Made by a program: the position numbers and the translations under genes
Part shown: in pieces, positions 18,201 through 25,836 of the stretch
Layout of the letters: each line of letters begins with the position of its first letter
Position numbering within the stretch: position 1 is the stretch's first letter
Notes under the pieces: generated by a model
The model's database searches: none
Told to the model about the DNA's origin: nothing
Seen by the model: the letters and a program-made list of their open reading frames with translations, nothing else
Source: Nocardioides sp.
GTDB taxonomy: Bacteria; Actinomycetota; Actinomycetes; Propionibacteriales; Nocardioidaceae
Length of the DNA: 32,007 nucleotides
Direction: 5' to 3'
Assembly: GCA_041662925.1 (NCBI GenBank)
Contig: JBAZRQ010000001.1
Span: 1-32,007, forward strand

Positions 18201-19233
18201 CGCGATGCGCGACCTGTTCGGCACCCGCCTGGAGCTGCGGCTCGGTGACGCGATGGACTCCGAGATCGACCGCAAGATCGCGCAGCTGGTGCCCACCGGG
18301 CGTCCGGGCCGCGGCCTGGTCCAGAGCAAGCTGCACTTCCTGGCCGCGCTGCCGCGGATCGACGGCCGGCCCGCCGCCGAGACGCTCGGTGACGGTGTCG
18401 ACGAGCTGATCACCCGCGTCGCGGCGTCCTGGCGCGGCCCGACCGGACCCAAGCTGCGCCTGCTCCCCGAGCGCATCGACCTGGCCGCCGTCCGCGAGAT
18501 GGTGGCTGCGAACGGCGACGGCTCGGGCGAGGCCGACCGCCGGATCCTGGTCGGCATCAACGAGAAGGAGCTCGCGCCGGTCGCGCTCAACCCCGACTCC
18601 GAGCCGCACCTGCTGATCTTCGGCGACGGCCGCTCCGGCAAGAGCGCGATCCTGCGCAGCTACGCCCACGAGGTCATGCGCACCCGCACGCCGAAGGAGG
18701 CCCAGCTCGTCGTCGTCGACTACCGGCGCTCGCTGCTGGGCGAGGTGCCGGAGGACTACCTGCTCAACTACCTCACCTCCGCCACCCAGGCGACGCCGGC
18801 GCTCAAGGACCTCGCGACCTACCTCGAGAGCCGGATCCCCGGGCCCGACGTGACGCCCGACCAGCTGCGCAACCGGTCGTGGTGGACCGGGGCCGAGGTG
18901 TTCGTGGTCGTCGACGACTACGACCTCGTCGCGACCCAGCAGACCTCGCCGGTGGCGCTGCTCCAGCCGCTGCTGGCGCAGGCCCGCGACGTGGGGCTGC
19001 ACGTGGTCGTCGCCCGCCGCTCCGGAGGTGCGTCGCGGGCGCTCTACGAGCCGGTCATCCAGTCGCTGCGCGACCTCGCCATGCCCGGGCTGATGCTTTC
19101 CGGCAACCCCGACGAGGGCCCGCTGCTCGGCAACCTGCGGCCGGTCCCGCTGCTTCCGGGCCGCGGCCGGCTGATCACCCGCGACCGGGGCACCGAGATG
19201 ATCCAAACCGCCTGGACGGAGCCGACGCTGTGA
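15229..19233 (+). CDS. eccC: Type VII secretion FtsK/SpoIIIE ATPase EccC (unsplit, three ATPase domains)
   Basis: Two N-terminal TMs, GMGPHGLVIGATGSGKSE, VDFKGG, VDEF, QVWLPPL, GGPRSGKS, GDGRSGKS. TTG 15229 after GAGGA; start approximate. Confidence 0.95.
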   Translation: MSTTLRGARVDEPEMPTGQLVLQPPPQIQPNEGAAGVMMNAIPMLGSLGSIVLVATMGARTGGGSLRFIAAGMFLFATVGFIVVQIDRQRKQRAQQVTGSRTEYLRYLGNVRKVARESADQQRRALTWHHPDPASLPALAEERSRIWEHSTSDPNFLHVRYGLCAQPLALELVPPESAPIDEVDPAAASALHRLLVVHRLQPDLPASIDLRAFDRVELCGDEAEARGLARAMICSATAFHSPEHLVVAVLSSEQHLAHWDWIKWLPHAQSTQLTDAVGPMRMVTTSLADLASLLPPDLSDRPRFGADERPATPHILLITDDAELPPGNHVIPPDGLHGVTVLDLPAHWGELDDQSRLRVQFEDAPADGDGRVPVLAVRLREEPVRAKADQCDLATAEAFARRLTPLHTVAAGATEPVSGEITGPTDFMDLLGLGDVRSFEPSAAWRPRPARDRLRVPIGLGEGGGMVHLDIKESAQQGMGPHGLVIGATGSGKSEFLRTLVLGLAMTHSPEQLNMVLVDFKGGATFAGMSDMPHVSAVITNLANELTLVDRMQDALSGEMVRRQELLRDAGNYASIRDYEKARVSGEDLVPMPSLFVVVDEFSEMLSAKPEFIDLFVAIGRLGRSLGLHLLLASQRLEEGRLRGLESHLSYRIGLRTFSAQESRAVLGVPDAYELPAVPGLGFLKPDPTSLIRFKAAYVSGPPSGRVRIRRDEGGHLQGILPFTISEVHKLELPDHEPEPEPQAEPDSQETLLDIAVEHMVGHGPAAHQVWLPPLDVPDTLDELMPDLAADPELGLVSKQWRALGGLVVPLGTVDRPREQRRDTLTINLSGSGGHVAVVGGPRSGKSTMLRTIVTSMALTTTPQESQFFVLDFGGGTFAPMVNLPHVSGVGTRSEPDVVRRVMAEVGGIVDRREAYFRANGIDSIETYRSRRAQGRADDGYGDVFLVVDGWSTLRSDFDDLEMEIQQLASRGLTFGLHIVTGASRWADFRAAMRDLFGTRLELRLGDAMDSEIDRKIAQLVPTGRPGRGLVQSKLHFLAALPRIDGRPAAETLGDGVDELITRVAASWRGPTGPKLRLLPERIDLAAVREMVAANGDGSGEADRRILVGINEKELAPVALNPDSEPHLLIFGDGRSGKSAILRSYAHEVMRTRTPKEAQLVVVDYRRSLLGEVPEDYLLNYLTSATQATPALKDLATYLESRIPGPDVTPDQLRNRSWWTGAEVFVVVDDYDLVATQQTSPVALLQPLLAQARDVGLHVVVARRSGGASRALYEPVIQSLRDLAMPGLMLSGNPDEGPLLGNLRPVPLLPGRGRLITRDRGTEMIQTAWTEPTL

Positions 19234-19817
19234 GGCGGCCGTTCCTGGTCGCGGCGACCGCCGCGACCCTGCTGCTGGCCGGCTGCAGCGGTGACGAGGA
19301 GCCCGAGGCGGACCCGACGCCCGCCCCCTCCGCGAGCGCGACCGCCAGCCCGACCCCCACACCGTCCGAGACGGAGTCCCAGTCGGCCCCCGCGGCTCCC
19401 GCGGCGACCGGCCCGGTGCACGAGACCAGCGCCTTCACCATCAGGGGGGCGACGCCCGACTACGTCTCCCGCGTGGTCTCCGGCGACGCGATCACGGCGC
19501 TGAGCGACCTCCGCGTCGGAGACAACGTCTACTTCTCCGTCAAGACCGGCTACGACGACGTCGCCCTCGAGCAGCTCACCGCCCAGTACGACACCTCCGC
19601 GACCTACATCGGAGACCTCGCGCGCGAGCCCGACACGGAGGTGGCCGGCGAGCCGGCCGTCCACTTCAGCGGCCGGATGAGCAGGACCCGCCACGCCGAC
19701 GTCTACGTCATGCTGCGCGACGGCGTGGTCGTGGAGATCGACTTCGAGATGCTCTCCGACGAGCCGGACCGCAGCCGGACGATCGCCTCGATGCTGGCGA
19801 CCTTCACCTGGAAGTGA
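19230..19817 (+). CDS. Lipoprotein, translationally coupled to eccC
   Basis: GTGA overlap with eccC stop; RR plus hydrophobic stretch plus lipobox LAGC; Pro/Ser/Thr linker; ~130-aa alpha/beta domain ending MLATFTWK. Confidence 0.85.
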   Translation: MRRPFLVAATAATLLLAGCSGDEEPEADPTPAPSASATASPTPTPSETESQSAPAAPAATGPVHETSAFTIRGATPDYVSRVVSGDAITALSDLRVGDNVYFSVKTGYDDVALEQLTAQYDTSATYIGDLAREPDTEVAGEPAVHFSGRMSRTRHADVYVMLRDGVVVEIDFEMLSDEPDRSRTIASMLATFTWK

Positions 19818-19825
19818 GCGGAGCA

Positions 19826-19890
19826 GGAAAGTACGGAACGAAATCGACCCGGATCGTGCGAAGTTAGGTCGAAAACGTTCCGTACTTTCC
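19826..19890. repeat. Intergenic inverted-repeat element (REP/MITE-like or bidirectional terminator)
   Basis: Perfect 15-bp IR GGAAAGTACGGAACG (19826-19840)/CGTTCCGTACTTTCC (19876-19890), inner TCGACC/GGTCGA, between convergent genes. Confidence 0.8.
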
Positions 19891-19899
19891 GGAGGGTTC

Positions 19900-20349
19900 T
19901 CAGGTGTGCGTGTGCACGCCGGGCCCGTTGACCTTGAGGCTCGGCAGGTCGTCGAGGTTGTAGGTCAGCTCGAACGTGCGCCGGTAGCCGGTGTGGGCCA
20001 CCCGCCAGCCGTCCGCCGTACGGACGTAGCGGTCGGTGTAGAAGGCCGCCCCCTCCAGCATGAAGCGGAACGCCTCGACGATCACCCTGTCCTGGAGGTA
20101 CCAGTGCGCGGTGGCCTCGTCGCCCTCGATGGTGATCTCGGGGTGGTGCACCTGGTGCATGGTCAGCATCCCCTCGCCCAGGTTGTCCCGCATGTAGGTC
20201 ACCAGCGCCGCGCGGTCGGCGAAGACCAGCCCGTTGTAGTCACCGGTCGCCTCGGGCAGGAAGCAGGCCTCGAAGGCGTCCCAGTCCTTGGTGTCGAGGG
20301 TGCGCAGGTAGCGGTACTTGAGCTGGCAGATGTCGTCGTAGTCGGTCAC
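19900..20349 (-). CDS. SnoaL/NTF2-like protein (BaiE-like)
   Basis: ICQLKYRYLRTLDTKDW, TMHQVHHPEI, ATAHWYL, GAAFYTDRYVRTADGWRV. GTG 20349 just downstream of a TAGATT -10. Confidence 0.88.
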   Translation of the reverse strand: MTDYDDICQLKYRYLRTLDTKDWDAFEACFLPEATGDYNGLVFADRAALVTYMRDNLGEGMLTMHQVHHPEITIEGDEATAHWYLQDRVIVEAFRFMLEGAAFYTDRYVRTADGWRVAHTGYRRTFELTYNLDDLPSLKVNGPGVHTHT

Positions 20350-20497
20350 AGCGGCCAATCTAGCGACCTGTGTGGGCCGGATCACGTGACACGGCGACCC
20401 CTGAGACCTCGTTGTAACCGCTGGTCAATCTGCCGGCGATGTTGCCCGGGCAAGGTGGTCCCACCGAGAGAGACCGAACACCTGAGGGGGACCCCCG

Positions 20498-20671
20498 ATG
20501 AACGCCGACATCACCACCGAGCACGAGACCGACCAGGCCCGCGAGAAGCGCGCCGCCTTCAAGCTGCGGCACGCCCGCGGCCTCACCACCCTGATGGACG
20601 AGCGCAGTGACCTGCGCGGCGTCCACGCCCTCGCCGACCTCGTCGACGACGCAGTCCGCTGGTCCGCGTGA
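20498..20671 (+). CDS. Small protein (57 aa), below ORF-track cutoff
   Basis: GAGGGGG RBS, ATG, high-GC3 codons: MNADITTEHETDQAREKRAAFKLRHARGLTTLMDERSDLRGVHALADLVDDAVRWSA. Confidence 0.75.
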   Translation: MNADITTEHETDQAREKRAAFKLRHARGLTTLMDERSDLRGVHALADLVDDAVRWSA

Positions 20672-20719
20672 AAGGGCTTCGCCCTTCCATTGGGAGAACT
20701 CGCTAGCGCTCGTTCTCCC
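20672..20719. terminator. Tandem hairpins between convergent genes
   Basis: AAGGGC-TTC-GCCCTT (20672-20686) and GGGAGAAC-TCGCTAGCGCTC-GTTCTCCC (20692-20719). Confidence 0.65.
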
Positions 20720-20721
20720 GT

Positions 20722-22302
20722 CTACCGCCGACCGGTCTTGAACATGCCCCGCGCGATCTCTCGGGCCGCGGTGCGCATGAAGTCCTTGAAGGCGCTCGAC
20801 CGCACGACGTCCCTGACCAGGCCTCCGTCGTCCTTCTCCTGGGGCGTACGACGGCTGGTCGGGGGCGTCTTGTCGTCAGCCGAGGGCTTGGCCTCGGCCT
20901 CCTCCTCGGCTCTCTTGCGGGCGCCCTCCTCGAGCCGCGTGGCGAGCTTCTCGCGGGCCGACTCGCGGTCGACAGGCTCGGCGTACTTGGCGTAGCGGGG
21001 ACTGGCCTGGACCGTGGCGGTCATCGCCGCCGGGTCGCTCGGTGCCATCAGTGACTCGGGTGCCCGCAGCCGGGTCCAGGCGACCGGCGTGGGCGCGCCG
21101 CGCTCGTTCATCACGGTCACCACGGCCTCGCCGATGCCGAGACTGGTGATCACGGCGCCGAGATCGTCGTAGGCACTGGTCGGGTAGGTGTTGACGGTGG
21201 CCTTGAGCGCCTTGGCGTCGTTGGGCGTGTGGGCGCGCAACTGGTGCTGCACCCGGGAGCCGAGCTGGGCGAGCACGTCGTCCGGCACGTCGGTAGGGCT
21301 CTGGGTCACGAAGAACACGCCCACGCCCTTGGAGCGGATCAGACGCACCGTCTGGGCGACCTGCTGCAGGAACTCCTTCGACGCGTCGTTGAACAGCAGG
21401 TGCGCCTCGTCGAAGAAGAACACCAGCTTGGGCTTGTCGATGTCGCCGACCTCGGGCAGGTCGTGGAAGAGGTCGGCCAGCAGCCACATCAGGAACGTCG
21501 AGAAGACCGCCGGGCGGTCCTGCAGGTTGGGCAGCTCCACCAGGGAGATCAGCCCCCTGCCGTCAGCGGTCGTCTGCAGGAAGTCGGCGGACTCGAACTC
21601 CGGCTCGCCGAAGAACTGCTCGGCGCCCTGGTCCTGGAAGGCGATCAGCTCGCGCAGGATGACTCCCGCGGTCGCCGCCGACAGACCGCCGAGCTCCTTG
21701 AGCTCGGGCTTTCCCTCGTCGCTGGTGAGGTGGCCGACCACGGCCCGCAGGTCGGCCAGGTCGAGCAGCGGCAGCCCGGCGCGGTCGGCGTAGTGGAAGA
21801 CCAGTCCGAGGCTCGACTCCTGGGTGTCGTTGAGGCCGAGGACCTTGCTCAGCAGGGTCGGGCCGAAGGCGCTCATCGTCACCCGGAGCGGGATGCCGGT
21901 GCCCTGCCCACCGAGCGCGTAGTACTCCACCGGGAAGCCGGTCGCCGCCCACTCCTGCCCGACCGACCTGGCGCGGGCTGCGACCTTCTCGCTCGTCTCC
22001 CCCGGCGTGGCCAGGCCGGAGAGGTCGCCCTTGATGTCAGCGGCGAAGACCGGCACCCCCTGGGTGCTCAGCTGCTCCGCGAGCAGCTGCAACGTCTTGG
22101 TCTTCCCGGTGCCCGTGGCGCCGGCCACCAGACCGTGCCGGTTGACCATGGCGAGCGGGATCCGGATGCGTACGTCGGACAGGGTCCCGGCGTCGAGCAT
22201 CAGCCCGCCGAGGTCGAGGGCCGCTCCCTCGAAGGCGTAGCCGGGGGCGACCGCGGCGACCACCGGGCTCTCGGAACTCGGGGCGTCGGGCGTCTCCGTC
22301 AT
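20722..22302 (-). CDS. DUF853/YjgR family HerA-like P-loop ATPase
   Basis: NRHGLVAGATGTGKTKTLQ, DIKGDLSG, LPEVGDIDKPKLVFFFDEAHLLF, RLIRSKGVGVFFVTQ, QHQLRAHTP. Confidence 0.92.
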   Translation of the reverse strand: MTETPDAPSSESPVVAAVAPGYAFEGAALDLGGLMLDAGTLSDVRIRIPLAMVNRHGLVAGATGTGKTKTLQLLAEQLSTQGVPVFAADIKGDLSGLATPGETSEKVAARARSVGQEWAATGFPVEYYALGGQGTGIPLRVTMSAFGPTLLSKVLGLNDTQESSLGLVFHYADRAGLPLLDLADLRAVVGHLTSDEGKPELKELGGLSAATAGVILRELIAFQDQGAEQFFGEPEFESADFLQTTADGRGLISLVELPNLQDRPAVFSTFLMWLLADLFHDLPEVGDIDKPKLVFFFDEAHLLFNDASKEFLQQVAQTVRLIRSKGVGVFFVTQSPTDVPDDVLAQLGSRVQHQLRAHTPNDAKALKATVNTYPTSAYDDLGAVITSLGIGEAVVTVMNERGAPTPVAWTRLRAPESLMAPSDPAAMTATVQASPRYAKYAEPVDRESAREKLATRLEEGARKRAEEEAEAKPSADDKTPPTSRRTPQEKDDGGLVRDVVRSSAFKDFMRTAAREIARGMFKTGRR

Positions 22303-22347
22303 GGGCGCCAACATATGCGTTTGGTGGGTGGCGCTTATAGTCGCGGC
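22303..22347. promoter_or_regulatory. Back-to-back leaderless promoters
   Basis: TATAGT (22336-22341) 6 nt before GTG 22348, and TATGTT on the minus strand ~7 nt before ATG 22302; no SD on either side. Confidence 0.6.
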
Positions 22348-22644
22348 GTGATCTTCAAACGCGTCGGGGAGGGGCGGCCCTACCCGGAACACGGCCTCTC
22401 CGCCAGCGCCTGGGCCCGCGTCCCGCCGCGGCAGGTGCGCCTCGACGAGCTGGTCACGACGAAGGACACCCTGCAGCTGGCGGCGCTGCTCGACGAGGAC
22501 TCGACGTTCTACGGCGACCTCTTCGCCCACGTCGTGGAGTGGCGCGACGAGTACTACCTCGAGGACGGTCTCCACCGCGCCCTGCGCGCCGCCCTGCACC
22601 AGCGCAACGTGCTCCACGCGCGCGTGCACCGGCTGGAGGCCTGA
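22348..22644 (+). CDS. Small conserved actinobacterial protein with ParB/sulfiredoxin-like motif
   Basis: MIFKRVGEGRPYPEHG...VRLDELVTTK...YYLEDGLHRALRAAL, resembling the ParB/Srx DGxHR motif. Confidence 0.8.
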   Translation: MIFKRVGEGRPYPEHGLSASAWARVPPRQVRLDELVTTKDTLQLAALLDEDSTFYGDLFAHVVEWRDEYYLEDGLHRALRAALHQRNVLHARVHRLEA

Positions 22645-22645
22645 C

Positions 22646-23188
22646 GTGGCCTCGTTCCTCGCCGCCCGGCTGCGCACCGCCCTGACGCTCGGGGTGCTCG
22701 GGCTGCTGCTGGTCGTCGGCGTGGCCTGGGGCTGGTCGGCCGTCACCGCCCCCTTCCCCGAGTCGACCGACATCCCGATCTGCTCCGCCACGGCCGTCCC
22801 GGCGGGCACCAAGGTCTACCCCGACCAGGTCCTGGTCAGCGTCGCCAACTCCGGCACCCGCGAAGGCCTGGCCGGCCGCACGATGCAGCTGCTCACGGAC
22901 GCCGGTTTCAGTGAGGGCCAGACCGACAACGCGCCGGCGGACGCCGATGTCGAGTTCGCCGAGATCTGGACCGACGACCCCAGCAACCCGGCCGTCCGCC
23001 TGGTCGCGGGCCGGCTCGGCGAACGGGCCAAGGTGGTCGAGGCCGAGAGCGACCTGCCGGGGGTCACCGTGATCGTGGGTGACGACTTCGTGAAGCTCGC
23101 CGAGGGCCGCAAGTGGACCCGGTCCGACCAGGACTCGGAGATCTGCAGCCCGCCGGACGAGGCCGACACCGACCAGGGTGTCAGCTAG
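22646..23188 (+). CDS. LytR C-terminal domain membrane protein
   Basis: N-terminal TM, VSVANSGTREGLAGRTMQLLTDAGF...DN, VTVIVGDDF. Confidence 0.85.
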   Translation: MASFLAARLRTALTLGVLGLLLVVGVAWGWSAVTAPFPESTDIPICSATAVPAGTKVYPDQVLVSVANSGTREGLAGRTMQLLTDAGFSEGQTDNAPADADVEFAEIWTDDPSNPAVRLVAGRLGERAKVVEAESDLPGVTVIVGDDFVKLAEGRKWTRSDQDSEICSPPDEADTDQGVS

Positions 23189-23196
23189 CAGTCCGT

Positions 23197-24693
23197 CTAG
23201 GGCTCGTTGAGCCACTGGGCGAGCCGGCCACGCAGGCTCACCTGCCGCAGCCGTTCCTCGGTGCGCCAGCGCAGCTTGCGGGGCGTGACCACCAGCAGCT
23301 CGTCGCCATGGCGCAGCACCGTACGACGCTCGGGGACCTTGGCGTCCCCGTCGCGGATGATCAGGGCGACCGACGCCCCCGGCGGCAGCCGCAGCTCGCC
23401 CACCTCGACGCCGTGCATCAGCGACGCCGGGCTGATCGTGATCTGCAGCAGGTCGGCGGCGACCCGCTCGAGCGGCGCGGCCTCGAGGTCGAGGTCACGC
23501 GGCTCGAAACGCCGGGCCACGCCCAGCACCCGCGCGACGACCGGAAGCGTCGGCCCGGTCAGCAGCGTGTAGATCACGACCATGACGAAGACGATGTCGA
23601 AGAGCCGCTCGGCGTCCTCCACCCCCGCGGCCAGCGGGATCGTGGCGAAGACGATCGGGACCGCGCCACGCAGGCCGGCCCAGGACAGGAAGCCCAGCTC
23701 ACGCCAGGGCATCGGCTGGATGCTCGCGCTGACGAGCACCGAGAGCGGCCGGGCGACGAAGGTGAGGACCAGCCCGGCGGCCATGGCGATCCCGACCGTC
23801 TCCAGCGAGATCCGGCTGGGCGAGAGCAGCAGGCCGAGCATCACGAAGAGACCGATCTGGGCGAGCCAGGCGATCCCCTCCGAGAAGGACCGGGTGGCCA
23901 CACGGTGGGGGAGGTCGGAGTTACCGAGCACCAGCGCCGCGATGTAGACGGCGGCGAACCCGGAGGCGTGCAGCGCCGCGCCGCCGGCGTACGCGAAGAT
24001 CGTGAGGCAGAGCACCGCGAGCGGGTAGAGGCCGGTCGCCGGCAGCGCCGCGCGGCGCATCACCCAGGCGCCCCCGAACCCGACCGCCAGCCCGAACAGC
24101 ACTCCGGCGGAGAGCTCGAAGAGGATCGTCAGGATCATCATCAGCACGCCCTCGTCGGCGGCGGCGCCGGACGAGATCAGCGTCACCAGGACGACGGTGG
24201 GGGCGTCGTTGAGGCCCGACTCGGCCTCGAGCGAGCCGGTCAGCTTGCGCGGCAGCGGCACCACCCGCAGCACCGAGAACACCGCCGCCGCGTCGGTCGC
24301 GGAGGTCACCGCCCCGAGCAGCACGGCGGTCTCCCACGACAGCCCCAACAGGTAGTGGGAGGCGGTGGCGACCACGGCGACCGAGACGGAGAAGCCGATC
24401 GTGGCCAGCGAGACGCCCAGCCGCATCGCCGGCCGGATCTCGCGCCAGTTGGTGGTCAGACCGCCCTCGGCCAGGATCAGGACCAGCGCGGCGAAGCCCA
24501 GCGCATGGGCGAGCTCAGCATCCTCGAAGGTGATGCCGACGCCGGCCTCACCCAGGAGCACGCCCATCAACAGGTAGATCAGCAGGCTGGGCAGGCCCGC
24601 TCGGGTGCTGACCCGGACGGCCAGCACGGCCATGAGGGTGACGGCGGATCCCAGCAGCAGGAACGTCTCCAGCTGGTGGACGTCGAACGACAT
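23197..24693 (-). CDS. K+/H+ antiporter (CvrA/NhaP2, CPA1) with TrkA_C domain
   Basis: ILAEGGL, SATDAAAVFSVLR, EAESGLNDAP, WAGLRGAVPI; C-terminal RCK_C domain. Confidence 0.92.
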   Translation of the reverse strand: MSFDVHQLETFLLLGSAVTLMAVLAVRVSTRAGLPSLLIYLLMGVLLGEAGVGITFEDAELAHALGFAALVLILAEGGLTTNWREIRPAMRLGVSLATIGFSVSVAVVATASHYLLGLSWETAVLLGAVTSATDAAAVFSVLRVVPLPRKLTGSLEAESGLNDAPTVVLVTLISSGAAADEGVLMMILTILFELSAGVLFGLAVGFGGAWVMRRAALPATGLYPLAVLCLTIFAYAGGAALHASGFAAVYIAALVLGNSDLPHRVATRSFSEGIAWLAQIGLFVMLGLLLSPSRISLETVGIAMAAGLVLTFVARPLSVLVSASIQPMPWRELGFLSWAGLRGAVPIVFATIPLAAGVEDAERLFDIVFVMVVIYTLLTGPTLPVVARVLGVARRFEPRDLDLEAAPLERVAADLLQITISPASLMHGVEVGELRLPPGASVALIIRDGDAKVPERRTVLRHGDELLVVTPRKLRWRTEERLRQVSLRGRLAQWLNEP

Positions 24694-24769
24694 GTCACCT
24701 CGTCCTGCTTGGCGGGGCGGCGGGTGCGCAGTCTATCGGTGCCCGCCGGCCCCCTCGTCCCGGCCGACG

Positions 24770-25789
24770 TCAGGTGGTCGGGGTGTAGCCGGGCCGCCCG
24801 GAGGCGTCCCACTCCTCCCAGAACGAGGTGAACTCCTCACCGAGGAACGGGTCGCCGCCGGTCATGGCGATGCCGCCACGTCGTACGGTCCAGTCCCAGG
24901 GCGCGAGGTCCTGCGCGGCCGCGAGGTGGGTGCGGGCGTCCCCGGTGCGGCCGTTGCGCTGGAGGTGCGCCGCGACCCGGCGCTCGGCCAGTGCCCGCTG
25001 CTCCTCGTCGGTGCGCCGCGTCGGCTCGGCCCGGGCGCTCTCGGGCAGCACGCCGTCCCGCACCCAGGCGCGGAGCAGGTCGTGGTGCTGCTCGCTGCCG
25101 ATCTTGGTGTACTCCACGAACTGGTCGTCGCCGGGCGCGATCGTCGGCGGCTTGACGATGTTGTCGTCCTCGTCGACCCACACCACCGAGGGCACGTTGG
25201 TGATGCCGTAGCGCTCGGCGGTGACGTGGGCGGTGTCCACGGCGACGGGGTACGACGGGTGGCCGGCCTCGATCCAGGGGCGGGAGTCCTCGGGGTCAGC
25301 GTCGAGGGCGACGGAGAACAGCTTGAGCCCGGTGTCGGCGAGCTCGTCCTGGAGCTGCTGCCAGCCGGCGAGCTCGTGGCGGCACCCGCACCACGACGCC
25401 CACGTGACGAGCACCCGCTTGCTGCCGGAGAGGTCGTCGAAGCTGACCGGGTTGCCGTCGACGTCGTTCAGCCTCAGCGAGGGGGCCTTGCCGTCGCGCA
25501 GCTCCTGCAGCCGGGCCTCGGCGGACGGCGCGAGGGCGACCACGCCCGAGGCCGCGTCACGGGCCGTGACGACACCGACCACGCCGGCCCACGCGTCGAG
25601 GTCGATCAGGTCCGGGTCGTCGGGATGCGCGACCTGACGTCCGAAGAGCGGCAGGCACACCTCGCCGCGGCACAGCCCGACCGGCTTGAGCGTCCAGCCG
25701 GTCGCTGCGGTGAGGTCCTCGGCGTGCGCGTAGCCGTCGGTGGTGCGCACCCGGTGCTCGTGACCGTCCACGTCGATCAGGGTCAGCAT
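24770..25789 (-). CDS. Redoxin/ResA-like thiol protein with WASWCGC motif
   Basis: Thioredoxin-fold segment LNDVDGNPVSFDDLSG...VTWASWCGCR...YGITNVPSVVWVDE; N-terminal GWTLKPVGLCRGEVC domain. Confidence 0.85.
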   Translation of the reverse strand: MLTLIDVDGHEHRVRTTDGYAHAEDLTAATGWTLKPVGLCRGEVCLPLFGRQVAHPDDPDLIDLDAWAGVVGVVTARDAASGVVALAPSAEARLQELRDGKAPSLRLNDVDGNPVSFDDLSGSKRVLVTWASWCGCRHELAGWQQLQDELADTGLKLFSVALDADPEDSRPWIEAGHPSYPVAVDTAHVTAERYGITNVPSVVWVDEDDNIVKPPTIAPGDDQFVEYTKIGSEQHHDLLRAWVRDGVLPESARAEPTRRTDEEQRALAERRVAAHLQRNGRTGDARTHLAAAQDLAPWDWTVRRGGIAMTGGDPFLGEEFTSFWEEWDASGRPGYTPTT

Positions 25790-25811
25790 GGTGGTCAGGA
25801 TCGCACGAAAC

Positions 25812-25825
25812 TGAAACATGTTCTA
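25812..25825. promoter_or_regulatory. KstR operator
   Basis: TGAAACATGTTCTA matches TnnAACnnGTTnnA exactly and overlaps the TAGATT -10 of the downstream dehydrogenase. Confidence 0.8.
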
Positions 25826-25836
25826 GATTCTTGGTC

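Noticed and set aside
20722-22302. HerA-based antiphage system
   Set aside because: Motifs match the housekeeping DUF853/YjgR family and no Sir2/nuclease partner is adjacent.
22348-22644. Toxin-antitoxin (VapB-like) label recalled for this family
   Set aside because: No adjacent PIN toxin and no RHH/AbrB motif; sequence fits ParB/Srx better.
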